A stretch of 36,360 nt of DNA from a virus. Its lineage: Duplodnaviria > Caudoviricetes. The translations under genes were made by a program, and so were the position numbers. The notes beneath the pieces were generated by a model. It did not search any database. It had not been told where the DNA came from and was given only the letters and a program-made list of their open reading frames with translations. Below, piece by piece: positions 7,109 through 16,115 of this stretch. The number at the start of each line of letters is the position of its first letter. The stretch's first letter is position 1. The DNA lies in IMG/VR virus record IMGVR_UViG_3300049137_000076, positions 1 through 36,360 of that record, one strand, 5' to 3'.

Positions 7109-8618
7109 GAACGGTGTCCCGTGGCCGCCGCCAGAGGTGGCGCCCGCGCTCGCGAGCATGGCCGTGGACGACGCCTGGTACTCCGGGGATCGGGACCGCA
7201 TCCGTGCGGCGTACCGGCCGAAGTCCGCCGAGGCCACCGAGACGGGACGCTTCCTGCGGTTCTGGGAGCGACCGAAGCGACTCGACACCCCTGACCACTC
7301 GATGCACGTGCCGCTGCCCGGCGACATCGCCACCACCTCAGCGGACCTGCTGTTCTCCGAGCCGCCGACGCTCACCGTGGACACTCCGGCGACGCAGGAC
7401 CGGCTGGAGGAGCTGGCCGAGGCCGGCGGGCTCGCCAACACCCTGCTGGAGGCCGCCGAGGTGGCCGCCGCGCTGCGCGGCGCGTACCTGCGCGTCACCT
7501 GGAACGCCGACCTGGCGCAGCGGGCCCTGCTCACCGTGCACCACGCCGACACGGCCGTGCCCGAGTGGTCCAGCGGCATCCTCACCGCGGTCACGTTCTG
7601 GCGGGAGGTCGCGGCGGACGGGGTGCGGGTGCTGCGGCACCTGGAGCGGCACGAGCCGGGCCGGATCCTGCACGGCCTGTACGAGGGCACCACGACCAAC
7701 CTGGGCCGCGCGGTGCCCCTCACCGAGGACCCCGCGACCGCGGACCTTGTGGGCTCCCTCGACCCGGACGGCGACGGGCAGACCATCACCACCGGCATCC
7801 CGCGCCTGACGGCCGGCTACGTGCGGAACATGGGCCCGGACCGGCAGGACCGCCGCTCACCGCTCGGCCGCTCGGACTACCAGGGGATCCACCACCTGTT
7901 CCACGCCCTCGACGAGGTGTGGACGTCGTGGCTGCGGGACATTCGCCTCGCGAAGGCCCGGCTGATCATCCCGCAGGGCTACCTGAACAGTGCTGGCCCC
8001 GGGCTGGGCGCAACGTTTGACCTCGACCAAGAGGTGGTCGCGGCGATCAACGCGTCCCCGACGTCGGGCGAGTCCATCACGGAGAACCAGTTCAACATCC
8101 GTACGGACGACCACCAGCGCACGGCCGAGGCGATCGTGCGCCAGGCGGTACGCGACGCCGGGTACTCGGCGCAGTCGTTCGGCATGGACGGCGACGCCGC
8201 GGTCACCGCCACGGAGGTGGTGGCCCGCGAGCGTAAGAGCATGATCACGCGGGACAAGAAGTCCCGGTACTGGGGGCCGGTGCTCGCCGACATGCTGGAA
8301 GTGCAGCTGATGATGGATGTCCGGTTGGGCTTTTCGAAGGTGGTCCCGGAGCGGCCGAAGGTCGAGTTCGGGGACTCCGTGAGCGAGGATCCGAAGGCCA
8401 TTGCGGAGACGCTCGCGCTGCTCACGCAGGCGCAGGCCATCAGCACCGAGGCGAAGGTGCGGATGCGCTCCCCGGACCTCGACGACACGGCGGTCCGCGA
8501 GGAGACGGAACGGATCCTGCGGGAGACGGGCCAGATGGTGGCCGACCCGACCGAGACCGGAGCCGAGGGGGTGCCGAATGCCGGTGTCCCCAGCGATGGC
8601 GGAGGATCTGGCCAGTGA
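7095..8618 (+). CDS. Portal protein (SPP1/A118-like)
   Basis: 507 aa after terL; HVPLPGDIATTSADLLFSE, LGRSDY, TATEV motifs. Confidence 0.9.
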   Translation: MPLPENGVPWPPPEVAPALASMAVDDAWYSGDRDRIRAAYRPKSAEATETGRFLRFWERPKRLDTPDHSMHVPLPGDIATTSADLLFSEPPTLTVDTPATQDRLEELAEAGGLANTLLEAAEVAAALRGAYLRVTWNADLAQRALLTVHHADTAVPEWSSGILTAVTFWREVAADGVRVLRHLERHEPGRILHGLYEGTTTNLGRAVPLTEDPATADLVGSLDPDGDGQTITTGIPRLTAGYVRNMGPDRQDRRSPLGRSDYQGIHHLFHALDEVWTSWLRDIRLAKARLIIPQGYLNSAGPGLGATFDLDQEVVAAINASPTSGESITENQFNIRTDDHQRTAEAIVRQAVRDAGYSAQSFGMDGDAAVTATEVVARERKSMITRDKKSRYWGPVLADMLEVQLMMDVRLGFSKVVPERPKVEFGDSVSEDPKAIAETLALLTQAQAISTEAKVRMRSPDLDDTAVREETERILRETGQMVADPTETGAEGVPNAGVPSDGGGSGQ

Positions 8619-9720
8619 GGTAGCCAAGCTCTACCAGGACGCCGAGGCCGCCCTCCTGCAGCGGCTCGCTGCAGCGCTCGCTGCAGATATCGACTCGCCG
8701 CGGTGGGCAGAGCTGAAGCTGGCCGCAGTCGGCAACCTGCGCGCTGCAGTGGAGCAGGTGGCCGAGGCGCTGCAGCAGGACACCGACGGGGCGGTGCGGC
8801 GGGCCCTGGTGCAGGCGTACAACCGGGGCCGGCAGGCCGCTGTTGCCGAGCTGGGGGCGCTGGACATTGGCCGGGAGCTGGCCGCCCGTGACGCGCTCCC
8901 TGGCGCGCCCGCGGTGGACCGGTTGGCCGCGTCCCTCGCGGCCGACACCCGGCCCGTGTACGCCCGCATCACGCGCGTCGTGGTGGACGTCTACCGGTCG
9001 ATCACGTCCCGCGCGTCCGCGTCCACGCTGCTCGGCGGGCTCACCCGCCGGCAGGCCAGTCAGCGGGCCCTCGACCAGTTCGCGAACCGCGGGATCTCCG
9101 GGTTCGTGGACTCCGCGGGCCGCTCGTGGGACATGGCGTCGTACGCGGAGATGGCCGTACGGTCCGTCACCGCCCGCGCCGCGATCGAGGGGCACGTCGA
9201 TGCGCTCGCCGAGTTTGGCGTAGGCCTGGTGATCGTGTCGGATGCGCCGCTGGAGTGCCCCCTGTGCGCGCCGTGGGAGGGCGAGACGCTCACCCTGTCC
9301 GGCCAGTCCGGGCCGCACACGATCCAGGCCGAGCACGCCACCGAGACGGTGGGCAGGCTGCGCCGTCGGCCGCGAGTTATCCCCGTGCACGTCGCTGGCA
9401 GTCTCGTGGAGGCGCGGGCCGCGGGCCTGTTCCACCCGAACTGCCGCCACAGCCTCGCCGCGTACATCCCGGGCGTGACGACCCGACCACCCGACCACCC
9501 CACCCCGGGCACCACCTACGAGGACACGCAGCGGCAACGGGAGATCGAGCGCCACATCCGCCGCTGGAAGCGGCGTGAGGCCGCCGCGATGGACGACGCA
9601 GCGCGCCGGATCGCCGGGGCGAAGGTCCGCGAGTGGCAGAAGGCCATGCGCGAGCACGTGGCCGCGCACGAGCACCTGCGCCGCAAGCCCGCACGCGAGC
9701 AGATCGGCGCTGCTCGCTGA
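8578..9720 (+). CDS. Phage minor capsid protein (A118 minor-capsid-2-like)
   Basis: YAEMAVRS, CPLCAPWEG, GLFHPNCRH, QRQREIERHIRRWKRR. Confidence 0.9.
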   Translation: MPVSPAMAEDLASEVAKLYQDAEAALLQRLAAALAADIDSPRWAELKLAAVGNLRAAVEQVAEALQQDTDGAVRRALVQAYNRGRQAAVAELGALDIGRELAARDALPGAPAVDRLAASLAADTRPVYARITRVVVDVYRSITSRASASTLLGGLTRRQASQRALDQFANRGISGFVDSAGRSWDMASYAEMAVRSVTARAAIEGHVDALAEFGVGLVIVSDAPLECPLCAPWEGETLTLSGQSGPHTIQAEHATETVGRLRRRPRVIPVHVAGSLVEARAAGLFHPNCRHSLAAYIPGVTTRPPDHPTPGTTYEDTQRQREIERHIRRWKRREAAAMDDAARRIAGAKVREWQKAMREHVAAHEHLRRKPAREQIGAAR

Positions 9721-9741
9721 CCGCTGCCGAGGAGGCTCCCA

Positions 9742-10815
9742 ATGGGTAAGGCGTTCGTCGCGAAGCTGGCGAAGGAGGGCGCGCGGGACCCCGAGGCGCT
9801 CGCCGCGTGGATCGGGCGGAAGAAGCACGGGAAGGGCGCGTTCCAGAAGCTGGTCGCCGCCGGCCGGAAGAAGCAGCGCAGCGAGGGCGCCAAGGTCCCC
9901 AGTGGGGCTGCCAAGAAGACGGCGAGTGCACCGAAGCGCGCCGTCCCGCGCGACATGAACCGCGGGTTCCGGCCCGGCAGCAATCAGTTCGCCCTCTCGG
10001 ACAGCGACGTCGAAACGTTGCGCGACCGTGCGAAGTTCAACCGGCAGCAGCTCACCTTGCTCGACATCGCGGGCGCGACCGACTCGGCGGCCGAGAAGCG
10101 CGCGGAGATCGCCGAGCAGGAACGGCAGATCGCTGACGCCGAGTACGCACGCGAGACGGCGGCCGGCCAGCGCGCGTACTCCGACTCTGTGCAGGCGGAG
10201 CGGACAGCCGTCAACGAAGCACTCAGGAAGGCCCGCAGCTCCAACGATCCTGCCGACTGGGCGGCGGCAGCCGATGCCGCTGAAGCCTTCTCCCGAAGGG
10301 CGGAACAGTCCCCCTACGGTGCGCAGGACGCCGGTTGGTACAGGGCGGAGACGCAATCCGCACGCGAGTCGGCGGACGCCGCCCGGCGGGCGCAGGAGCG
10401 CCAGGAAGTCCGCAAGCGCGAGCGGACGCTCCCTCCGCCGAAGCCCGGAGAGACGCCCATTGCGCACGTCGAATTCCTCGACAGCGAGGACGGCAACCGC
10501 TCGTTCGGAGACCCGGAAATGGGCCGGAAGGCCATCACCCGGAGTAGCGAAGCAACGGCCATGCCGGACACCGGTGCCGAGGGGCACGCGGAAGCGCTGA
10601 AGAACGTGTCTCCCGCCTTCCGGAAGAAGGTCGCGGATGCGCGAGCGTCGGGTCGCCCGTGGCTGCACCACATCTCTCACGACAGTGGCGGCGCGGAGAT
10701 CCACAAGCTCCAGGTGATGACCCCAGATGGGAAGCAGCAGACCACGACCTTCCTGGAGCGGAATACGAAGGCGTGGAAGGCCAAGGAAGAGCGGAAGCGC
10801 CGGTCCGGCCGCTGA
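9742..10815 (+). CDS. Hypothetical head-module protein with basic N-terminal domain
   Basis: SD GGAGG; 357 aa; N-terminal LAAWIGRKKHGKGAFQKL. Confidence 0.8.
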   Translation: MGKAFVAKLAKEGARDPEALAAWIGRKKHGKGAFQKLVAAGRKKQRSEGAKVPSGAAKKTASAPKRAVPRDMNRGFRPGSNQFALSDSDVETLRDRAKFNRQQLTLLDIAGATDSAAEKRAEIAEQERQIADAEYARETAAGQRAYSDSVQAERTAVNEALRKARSSNDPADWAAAADAAEAFSRRAEQSPYGAQDAGWYRAETQSARESADAARRAQERQEVRKRERTLPPPKPGETPIAHVEFLDSEDGNRSFGDPEMGRKAITRSSEATAMPDTGAEGHAEALKNVSPAFRKKVADARASGRPWLHHISHDSGGAEIHKLQVMTPDGKQQTTTFLERNTKAWKAKEERKRRSGR

Positions 10816-10873
10816 CCCATGCGAACCCATGGCCCGCCGGGTGCGGGCCCCACCGATGCCCCAGGAGGGCACC

Positions 10874-11659
10874 ATGCACAAGAGCACTCTCGCCCGTACG
10901 CGCCTGGACGGCGCCGGTTGGGCGCACCCCTACGGCACGCACCCTTTCTCCCCCGTCGTCTACGCCGACGGAGGGGACGGCGGCGGCTCCGGATCCGGCA
11001 GCGGCGGGGCCGGTGACGGCGGATCCGACCCGTCCGGCGGATCCGGCGCGGGGGCCGGTGGCCAGGGCGGACAGCAGTCTGGACAGCCCGGATCGACGGA
11101 TCCGTGGGCCGGATTCCAGTGGGACGGCAAGGTCGACTCCCTGCCCGAGCCGGTCGCGAAGGTGATCCGGGACGCCCGCGAGGAGGCCGGCAAGAGCCGG
11201 ACCGTGGCGAAGCAGAACGCCGCCGAGGAGGCGCGTCAGGAGCTGCTCGCCACGATCAGCAAGGCCGTGGGCCTGGACGCCGAGAAGCCGCCGACCCCGG
11301 AGGAGCTGACGCGTCAGCTCACCGAGTCGCAGAGCGCGCTCACCGCGGCGCAGGAGCAGGCCGCTTCGGCGGCGATCGAGCTGCACGTCTACAAGACGGC
11401 GCTTCGCCTGGGCGCGGACGCGGATGCTCTGCTCGACTCTCGCAGCTTCTGCGACAAGATCGACAGCATCGACGTCTCGAAGCCCGAGGCGTTCAACAAG
11501 GAGGTCGAGGCCGCCATCACGGAGGCCCTCGACGCGAACCCGAAGCTCCGCACGGGCCTGGTGCCGCGGCGGGGCGGGGGCGACTTCACCGGCGGGCCCG
11601 GTACCACCAATCGCCCCACCTCACTGCATGACGCCATCGCCGCCAAGCTCGGCGGCTAA
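10874..11659 (+). CDS. Capsid scaffolding protein
   Basis: SD AGGAGG; Gly-rich N-terminus, coiled coil, DALLDSRSF, C-terminal SLHDAIAAKL; directly precedes the major capsid gene. Confidence 0.85.
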   Translation: MHKSTLARTRLDGAGWAHPYGTHPFSPVVYADGGDGGGSGSGSGGAGDGGSDPSGGSGAGAGGQGGQQSGQPGSTDPWAGFQWDGKVDSLPEPVAKVIRDAREEAGKSRTVAKQNAAEEARQELLATISKAVGLDAEKPPTPEELTRQLTESQSALTAAQEQAASAAIELHVYKTALRLGADADALLDSRSFCDKIDSIDVSKPEAFNKEVEAAITEALDANPKLRTGLVPRRGGGDFTGGPGTTNRPTSLHDAIAAKLGG

Positions 11660-11676
11660 CACGCTAGGAGCACCTC

Positions 11677-12648
11677 ATGCCCGTGACGCTGGCTCAGGCC
11701 AAGCTGAACACGCAGGACGACATCGACCTGATGGTCATCGACGAGTTCCGGAAGTCGAGCTGGCTGCTGGACAACCTCGTCTTTGACGACGTCGTGAACC
11801 CGGCCGGCGGCGGGGCGACGCTGACGTACGGATACACCCGGCTGATCACACAGCCGACCGCCGCGTTCCGCGCGATCAACAGCGAGTACGCGCCGCAGGA
11901 AGTCACCCGCCAGCGGTACACCACGGACCTGAAGGTCCTCGGCGGGTCGTTCCAGATCGACCGGGTTCTGGCGCAGCTGGGGCCGGCCGCGTCCGGTGAG
12001 GTCGCGCTCCAGATGTCCCAGAAGATCAAGGCCGCGCAGGCGACGTTCTCGGACGCCGTGATCAACGGGGACTCCGGGGTGAACGCGAACAGCTTCGACG
12101 GCCTGTCGAAGGCCCTCGCCGGTTCCACCACTGAGATCCCGGTGTCGGGTACCGGCGCGGACTGGTCCGCCGTGACCGACCGACTCGGCGGCATCCAGGC
12201 CATGCTGTGGGTGCGGCGCCTGGTCAACAAGCTCGACGGCAGGCCGAACGCGCTGCTGATGAACGAGGACGCTCTCTCGGCGCTCCAGACGATCGCCGAG
12301 ATCAGCTCCCAGCTGACCGAGCTTCAGGCGTTCGGGCAGACCGTCACCGCGTGGCGCGGTATCCCCCTGATCGACCTGGGGGCGAAGCCGGGCACGAACG
12401 ACCCGGTCATCCCGACCGACCCGGCCACCGGCACCACGGACATCTACGCCGTGCGGATCGGCCTGGACGGCTTCCACGGCATCAGCACCGTGGGCGGCCA
12501 GCTGGTGCAGCAGTGGCTGCCCGACTTCACCACCTCGGGCGCCGTCAAGACGGGCGAAGTCGAAATGGGGCCCGTGGGTGTGGCGCTGAAGGCGACGAAG
12601 GCCGCCGCGGTGCTGCGGGACGTGCAGGTCGTGGACGTGACGCCGTGA
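11677..12648 (+). CDS. Major capsid protein
   Basis: MPVTLAQAKL...VIDEFRKSS...AAFRAINSEY...LGGSFQIDR...FDGL...GEVEM; 323 aa. Confidence 0.92.
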   Translation: MPVTLAQAKLNTQDDIDLMVIDEFRKSSWLLDNLVFDDVVNPAGGGATLTYGYTRLITQPTAAFRAINSEYAPQEVTRQRYTTDLKVLGGSFQIDRVLAQLGPAASGEVALQMSQKIKAAQATFSDAVINGDSGVNANSFDGLSKALAGSTTEIPVSGTGADWSAVTDRLGGIQAMLWVRRLVNKLDGRPNALLMNEDALSALQTIAEISSQLTELQAFGQTVTAWRGIPLIDLGAKPGTNDPVIPTDPATGTTDIYAVRIGLDGFHGISTVGGQLVQQWLPDFTTSGAVKTGEVEMGPVGVALKATKAAAVLRDVQVVDVTP

Positions 12649-13268
12649 GCATCATTCACAGCCCTGTGGAGGGCTTCACCGGAGACGGGCCCGGCGGCCT
12701 GAAGTTCGAGGACGGCCGGGCCGAGACGGACGATCAGCAGCTCATCGCGTACTTCCGGAAAGCCGGGTACGGCATCGGCCGCAAGGCGCCCGAGCCGCCG
12801 TCGCAGCCCGAGCCGGCGGACCCGCGCGAGCACGGCGCCGACCACCTCGGTACCCGGCTGAGGGACGCCGCGGTCGACCCGGAGCCGGACGACTTCCTGC
12901 CGCCGACCAACGCCGGGCAGGACAACCCCCACGGCTCCACGGTCGTGGCACCGGGCCTGCACGCCGTGCCGCCCGCGCCGATCCACCCGGGCCCGGTGCC
13001 CGGCGAGCCGGAGGAGCAGGCGCAGCAGGAGACCGCGCTGGCGGCCGAGGTGCTGACCACGGGCACGGACGTCCGCGAGGCCACGCAGGAGGCGGCGGAG
13101 GACAACCCGCAGCCGGAGAAACTGCCAGCCCGCTCGGCGTCGAAGGCGACGTGGGTGGACTGGGCGGTCGCCCGTGGGGCGTCGCGCGAGGCGGCGGAGG
13201 CGGCCACGAAGGATGTCCTGATCGAGCAGTACGGGCCGAAGGAGGAGGAGCCGCATGCCGACGTATGA
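12645..13268 (+). CDS. Head-associated protein, acidic/Pro-rich with short C-terminal helical domain
   Basis: GTGA overlap with the capsid stop; C-terminal PARSASKATWVDWAVARG...TKDVLIEQY. Confidence 0.75.
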   Translation: MSIIHSPVEGFTGDGPGGLKFEDGRAETDDQQLIAYFRKAGYGIGRKAPEPPSQPEPADPREHGADHLGTRLRDAAVDPEPDDFLPPTNAGQDNPHGSTVVAPGLHAVPPAPIHPGPVPGEPEEQAQQETALAAEVLTTGTDVREATQEAAEDNPQPEKLPARSASKATWVDWAVARGASREAAEAATKDVLIEQYGPKEEEPHADV

Positions 13269-13461
13269 GCGGTACGGCGACGACCACGAGGTGGTCGAGC
13301 GGGTGGTGGCGGTGGCGGACTCGCCGAACGACAAGCGGCTGGCCGCCTCGAAGGAGTGGAAGCTGGTCGAGGACGCCGCCCCGGCGGCCGCTGCCCCGGC
13401 GGAGGAGGCGGCCCCGGCGCGGGTGACCGCGAAGGCGAAGCCGCCCGCGAAGGAGGCATAG
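13255..13461 (+). CDS. Small head/neck protein (68 aa)
   Basis: Strong SD GGAGGAGGAG; position in the head module. Confidence 0.7.
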   Translation: MPTYERYGDDHEVVERVVAVADSPNDKRLAASKEWKLVEDAAPAAAAPAEEAAPARVTAKAKPPAKEA

Positions 13462-13464
13462 GCG

Positions 13465-13872
13465 GTGGCCCGCGTCTTCGCCACGGTGGAGGAGTACGAG
13501 GCGTTCACCGGGTCGACGGCCCCGGCGAACGCCGGTCGGCTGCTGGCGCGGGCCTCCCGTCTGGTCTCGGCGGCCACGAAGGCGGCGATCTACGACACGG
13601 ATCCGGCCGGATACCCGTCGGACTCCGATGTGCGGCAGGCGTTCCGAGAAGCCACGTGCGTTCAGGTGGAGGTGTGGACGGACCGGCTGTCGGCTGAGAC
13701 GGACGGAAGCGACCCGGCGGCCGGGCCGTGGACGTCGGTCTCGGCGGGTGGCCTGTCGTTCTCCCGGCCCGCCGAGTCGGTGCCTGCGGCGGTCGCCGAG
13801 GACACCAAACTCACCGCCGAGGCGCAGGAGATCCTCTCCGATCTCGGGCTGGCCGAGGTGGTGTGGACGTGA
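13465..13872 (+). CDS. Head-to-tail adaptor
   Basis: FATVEEY...LLARASRLV...ATCVQVE; gene order. Confidence 0.8.
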   Translation: MARVFATVEEYEAFTGSTAPANAGRLLARASRLVSAATKAAIYDTDPAGYPSDSDVRQAFREATCVQVEVWTDRLSAETDGSDPAAGPWTSVSAGGLSFSRPAESVPAAVAEDTKLTAEAQEILSDLGLAEVVWT

Positions 13873-14186
13873 GCGGCTTCCCCGCCTTCCTGCTGCGCCA
13901 CGACATCACCGTGGAGGCGTACCTGGGCGAGTCGGCATACGGGCCCCGCTACGGCGCCCCGGCGGTGGTGCGGGGCCTGTTGGAGCGCAGCATCCGAACC
14001 GTGCGCGGCCAGAACGGCGAGGAGACCACCTCGTCGGGCACGTTCCGCACGCGGCTGGACGCCGGGATCACGGCCGAGGCCCGGGTCACCCTGCCGGACG
14101 ACACCACCACCACCGTCATCGCGGTGGTGCCGCACGACGGGGGCGGCCTGCCCACCCCGGACCACCTGGAAGTGCAGCTGGCGTAG
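13869..14186 (+). CDS. Head-to-tail stopper/closure protein
   Basis: GTGA overlap; ITVEAYLGESAYGPRY...HLEVQL; gene order. Confidence 0.75.
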   Translation: MSGFPAFLLRHDITVEAYLGESAYGPRYGAPAVVRGLLERSIRTVRGQNGEETTSSGTFRTRLDAGITAEARVTLPDDTTTTVIAVVPHDGGGLPTPDHLEVQLA

Positions 14187-14189
14187 GGG

Positions 14190-14546
14190 GTGCCCGTGGC
14201 GCAGTACACCCGTTTCCGGTTCGACGGCCGCCGTCAGTGGACGTCCCGCGGGCGCCGTCTCGCCGAGGAGGGCCTACAGCGGGGCCTGGAGCACGTCTTG
14301 GGCGAGGCCCGGAAGATCGTGCCGCTGGAGGAAGGCACGCTCGAGCGGTCCGGCCGGGTGGTGCGGGACGGCCTGAACGGCGCGGTCACGTTCGACACCG
14401 TCTACGCGGTCAGGCAGCACGAGGAACTGACCTGGAAGCATTTGCCGGGCCGCCAGGCGAAGTACCTGGAGACGCCCATGAACAGCGAACGGGACGTCGT
14501 GCTTCAGCTGATGGCCGTGTCGCTGCGGAGGTGGCTGCGTGGCTGA
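14190..14546 (+). CDS. Neck/tail completion protein (HK97 gp10-like)
   Basis: VPLEEGTLERSG...YAVRQHE...GRQAKYLE. Confidence 0.8.
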   Translation: MPVAQYTRFRFDGRRQWTSRGRRLAEEGLQRGLEHVLGEARKIVPLEEGTLERSGRVVRDGLNGAVTFDTVYAVRQHEELTWKHLPGRQAKYLETPMNSERDVVLQLMAVSLRRWLRG

Positions 14547-14961
14547 TCTCCTCGACGGCATCGCCCGCCACCTGGAGGCGCGCGGCCTGCTCTCCTACGA
14601 CCCCGACGGGGTCACAGGGGACACGTTCATCGAGACCACCCCGTCCCGCCCGGACAACGCGGTCACCCTGACCCTGTACGGCGGGCCCGAGTCCGACTCG
14701 AAGTTGGGCTGGGACGAGGTGTCCCTCCAGGTACGCACCCGCGGCGGCACCGACCCCCGGCCGTCCCGGCAGAAGTGCACGGCGATCCGGGACGAGCTGC
14801 ACGGCCTCGGCCCCGTCACTCTGCCCGACGGCACCCATCTTCAGCTGGCCATCGCGATCCAGGCCGCGCCCGCCTACATGGGCCAGGACACCAGCGGCCG
14901 TCACGAGCACGTGTGCAACTTCCGTCTCGACGTGCGCAACGTGACCACCCACCGCGTGTAA
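14539..14961 (+). CDS. Tail terminator (A118 minor-capsid-3-like)
   Basis: LQVRTRG...GQDTSGRHEHVCNF; gene order. Confidence 0.8.
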   Translation: MADLLDGIARHLEARGLLSYDPDGVTGDTFIETTPSRPDNAVTLTLYGGPESDSKLGWDEVSLQVRTRGGTDPRPSRQKCTAIRDELHGLGPVTLPDGTHLQLAIAIQAAPAYMGQDTSGRHEHVCNFRLDVRNVTTHRV

Positions 14962-15031
14962 CACCCCCCTCTCATCTCGCCCGGCGCCGTGCGCGTGCGG
15001 GCTCTCACCCATGCCCGAAGGAGGGCCCACG

Positions 15032-15454
15032 ATGGCGCAATACAACGCGCGTGACTGCGTGTTCGAGATCGAGTCCGAGACCCCCGCGACGTGGCTGGAG
15101 ATCGGCCAGATCAACACGTTCTCGAAGGGCCACGAGGAGGAGACCGCGGACACCACTGTGTTCGCGAGCGGCGGCCAGGCCGAGTCGCAGAAGATGCAGA
15201 TCGGCAAGACCTTGGAGTTGGAGGGCCTGCGGGACCCGGCCGACGTCGGGCAGCAGCGCGTCGAGGAGGCCTCCGAACTCCTCGGCACCGCCTCCCTCAT
15301 CAAGATCCGCTTCCACGCCCCGGGCGACACCACGTGGGAGGTGTGGAACGCGCACGTGAACCTCGGCGACCAGGGCGGCGGCAACAACGACAAGGTGTCC
15401 TGGAGCGCGACGTTCACCCGCTCCGGCGCGTCCACCACGGCGGCGATCGTATGA
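15032..15454 (+). CDS. Major tail (tube) protein
   Basis: SD GGAGGG; 140 aa, beta-rich; GGGNNDKVSWSATFTRSG. Confidence 0.85.
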   Translation: MAQYNARDCVFEIESETPATWLEIGQINTFSKGHEEETADTTVFASGGQAESQKMQIGKTLELEGLRDPADVGQQRVEEASELLGTASLIKIRFHAPGDTTWEVWNAHVNLGDQGGGNNDKVSWSATFTRSGASTTAAIV

Positions 15455-15945
15455 GCCCTGCCCGTAAGCCCGCGGCCGAGCACGAGTCGTGGGACGCGTT
15501 CTGGGCCGAGGCGTCCGGCGGCCGGACCACGGTCATCCGCGGCGTGGAGGTCCCCGTCCCCACCGACGTGCCGCTCGCGATGGAGCAGCGCATCGAGGAG
15601 CTACAGGACTCCGAGAGCAAGGAGGACCTGGCCGAGCTGCTCGCGATGCTGTTCGGCCAGGACGTCCTGGACCAGTGGATGGACGCCGGCATGGGGATGC
15701 TGGAGCTTCAGACCGTCATGGCGTGGGCCATGGCGCAGGCCGGCGGCCGCGACATCACGTTCGGCGAGGCGCTGGAGCTGGTCCGGTCGGGAGAGGCGGG
15801 AAAACTGCCGGGCCCGAAGGGGCCGAACAGGGCGGCCAGAAGGGCGACTGGCGCACCCGCGAAGCGGTCCGCCGCTGGTGGTGGGCGATCCGCGCAGACT
15901 TCCGCCGCGAGTACGGCATCACGTCGCAAGACCTCGCGCGCATAG
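15451..15945 (+). CDS. Tail assembly chaperone (gpG-like)
   Basis: Between tube and tape measure; contains the slippery heptamer; NRAARR motif. Confidence 0.85.
   Translation: MSPARKPAAEHESWDAFWAEASGGRTTVIRGVEVPVPTDVPLAMEQRIEELQDSESKEDLAELLAMLFGQDVLDQWMDAGMGMLELQTVMAWAMAQAGGRDITFGEALELVRSGEAGKLPGPKGPNRAARRATGAPAKRSAAGGGRSAQTSAASTASRRKTSRA
15798..15804 (+). other. Programmed -1 ribosomal frameshift site G GGA AAA
   Basis: X XXY YYZ heptamer in frame (Gly-Lys); the -1 frame stays open to 16070. Confidence 0.85.
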
Positions 15946-16070
15946 GCCGCCGCGAGTTCTGGGACCTGATGACCGGGTTGTCGTCTGAGTCGGTGTTCCG
16001 GCAGGTCGCAGGGGACTTTATCTCGGTCATCGACGACCCCAAGCAGGTGCGTTCCGCCCTGCACAGCTGA
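15804..16070 (+). CDS. C-terminal part of the frameshifted tail chaperone (gpGT-like)
   Basis: -1 frame reads WWWAIRADFRREYGI...REFWDLMTGLS; no start of its own. Confidence 0.8.
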   Translation, partial: TAGPEGAEQGGQKGDWRTREAVRRWWWAIRADFRREYGITSQDLARIGRREFWDLMTGLSSESVFRQVAGDFISVIDDPKQVRSALHS

Positions 16071-16115
16071 TCCACAACTGAACAGGGCGCCTTGCGCGCC
16101 GTTGGGGGGTGCACT

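Noticed and set aside
8440-10887. 815-aa minus-strand ORF (likewise 19338-21140, 17811-19265, 31694-33340)
   Set aside because: Antisense to clear structural or early genes; no motifs
10970-11100. GGC/GGATCC-rich repeats
   Set aside because: Explained by the Gly/Ser low-complexity linker of the scaffold protein
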